A stretch of DNA of 34,735 bases from Octopus bimaculoides (lineage: Eukaryota), in NCBI RefSeq assembly GCF_001194135.2, contig NC_068989.1, positions 56,048,003 through 56,082,737 on the forward strand, read 5' to 3'. Below, piece by piece: positions 33,071 through 34,735 of this stretch (positions within the stretch are counted from its first letter, which is position 1; each line of letters starts with the position of its first letter). A model generated the notes under the pieces. The model was not told where the DNA came from, ran no database searches, and saw only the letters and a program-made list of their open reading frames with translations. A program made the position numbers and the translations under genes.

Positions 33071-33909
33071 ATATANNNNNNNNNNNNNNNNNNNNNNNNN
33101 NNNNNNNNNNNNNNNNNNNNNNNNNNNNNNNNNNNNNNNNNNNNNNNNNNNNNNNNNNNNNNNNNNNNNNNNNNNNNNNNNNNNNNNNNNNNNNNNNNNN
33201 NNNNNNNNNNNNNNNNNNNNNNNNNNNNNNNNNNNNNNNNNNNNNNNNNNNNNNNNNNNNNNNNNNNNNNNNNNNNNNNNNNNNNNNNNNNNNNNNNNNN
33301 NNNNNNNNNNNNNNNNNNNNNNNNNNNNNNNNNNNNNNNNNNNNNNNNNNNNNNNNNNNNNNNNNNNNNNNNNNNNNNNNNNNNNNNNNNNNNNNNNNNN
33401 NNNNNNNNNNNNNNNNNNNNNNNNNNNNNNNNNNNNNNNNNNNNNNNNNNNNNNNNNNNNNNNNNNNNNNNNNNNNNNNNNNNNNNNNNNNNNNNNNNNN
33501 NNNNNNNNNNNNNNNNNNNNNNNNNNNNNNNNNNNNNNNNNNNNNNNNNNNNNNNNNNNNNNNNNNNNNNNNNNNNNNNNNNNNNNNNNNNNNNNNNNNN
33601 NNNNNNNNNNNNNNNNNNNNNNNNNNNNNNNNNNNNNNNNNNNNNNNNNNNNNNNNNNNNNNNNNNNNNNNNNNNNNNNNNNNNNNNNNNNNNNNNNNNN
33701 NNATATATATAATCCTTTGTATCTCTGTCTGTTCCCAATGCATTCTCAAATGGCTCAACCAAATCAAATCAAATTTTACATGGTAATACTATGAGACCCC
33801 AGGAGTGTCAACATGTAATGTTTTTGTATTAATTTACATTGCATACAAAATACAGACATACTATATTCGGTACATTATTAAACACACACACACATCTACA
33901 CATACATAC

Positions 33910-33991
33910 CTGGCGACTGACATGCGTGAAGTGCGGGCTGCCCAATGTCAATATGAAATTTTATTTTCGTTTCCATTAAAACAATATGCAT
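33910..33991 (-). CDS. Candidate first or early exon of an unidentified minus-strand gene
   Basis: Strong donor CAG|gtatgt at 33910/33909; CpG-rich exon end; in-frame ATGs at 33991 and 33976 give (MHIVL)METKIKFHIDIGQPALHACQSP. No homology recognised. Confidence 0.25.
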
Positions 33992-34144
33992 TTACTGTTC
34001 CATTACCAGTTAATAATACTTTGCAAGTACCACATCNNNNNNNNNNNNNNNNNNNNNNNNNNNNNNNNNNNNNNNNNNNNNNNNNNNNNNNNNNNNNNNN
34101 NNNNNNNNNNNNNNNNNNNNNNNNNNNNNNNNNNNNTATATATA

Positions 34145-34295
34145 CCATCATCATCATCATTGCCATTGTTATCATTCAACATCTGTTTTCCATGGTGGCA
34201 TGGGTTTGCCAGTTCAACAGGAACTGGCAAGTCAGAAGACTGCACCAAGCCATGCTGTCTGCTTTAGAATTGTTTATCTGCTTGGATGCCTTTCC
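34145..34295 (-). mobile_element. RTE-type 3' UTR fragment
   Basis: (CAT)n...ttttccatggtggcatgggtttg...ggatgcctttcctaacacc. Confidence 0.7.
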
Positions 34296-34735
34296 TAACA
34301 CCATACATTCATACATACACACATACATACATACATATGCATGCCTGTCCTTCCATCCGTCCGTCTGTCCACCTGTCTGCCCGTCCGTCTGTCTGCCTGA
34401 CCACCTGTCCATCCATCCACCCACCTGCCTACCCATCTGTCTGTCTAACTATCTATCTATTTATCTATCTATCTACCTACTTCTCTACCAATTTATCTAC
34501 CTATCTATCTATCTATCTATCTATCTATTTCTTTGAAAATTAAAGAGAAAGAAAGTAACTATAGACAACTTCTTTGAAACCTCCAGTTTCTATATCTGGA
34601 TTACAAATCTACATTTATACCAATAATAATTGGAGCATCTGGTTTTGTAAGTAAATGCCTAACTGTTAGTCTGGATAAGCCTAGATTTTCAGGAAAAGAA
34701 ATCAGCCAACTGATTCATAAATTACAAATACAATC

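Overview
AT-rich, microsatellite-dense eukaryotic non-coding DNA from a gapped short-read assembly, with ten N-runs, most flanked by (TA)n/(CA)n. The repeat families look like those I recall from Octopus (inference, not verified). No protein-coding gene can be called with confidence: most ORF-track entries are microsatellite or N-gap artefacts. Much of the called sequence is decayed mobile elements: three tRNA-type SINE families (my labels A, B, C), RTE 3' ends with (GAT)n tails, an internally deleted RTE derivative, four R4/Dong-type restriction-like-endonuclease (RLE) fragments, CR1-like, I-group and RTE reverse-transcriptase (RT) fragments, a mariner C-terminal fragment, Penelope-like ends with hammerhead-like motifs, and MITEs. 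The least explained signals are: a 244-bp near-perfect foldback at 35-626; a repeat-free structured island at ~17430-17765 with a pre-miRNA-like hairpin and recurrent TGAGG/CCTCA pairing motifs; a 37-bp-arm hairpin at 9406-9520; minus-strand exon and microexon candidates (33910, 20384-20404, 17573-17599) suggesting the window may be a large intron; and all four Dong/R4 fragments sitting tail-to-tail with SINE-C (TTA)n tails. Repeat boundaries are approximate unless stated as exact.
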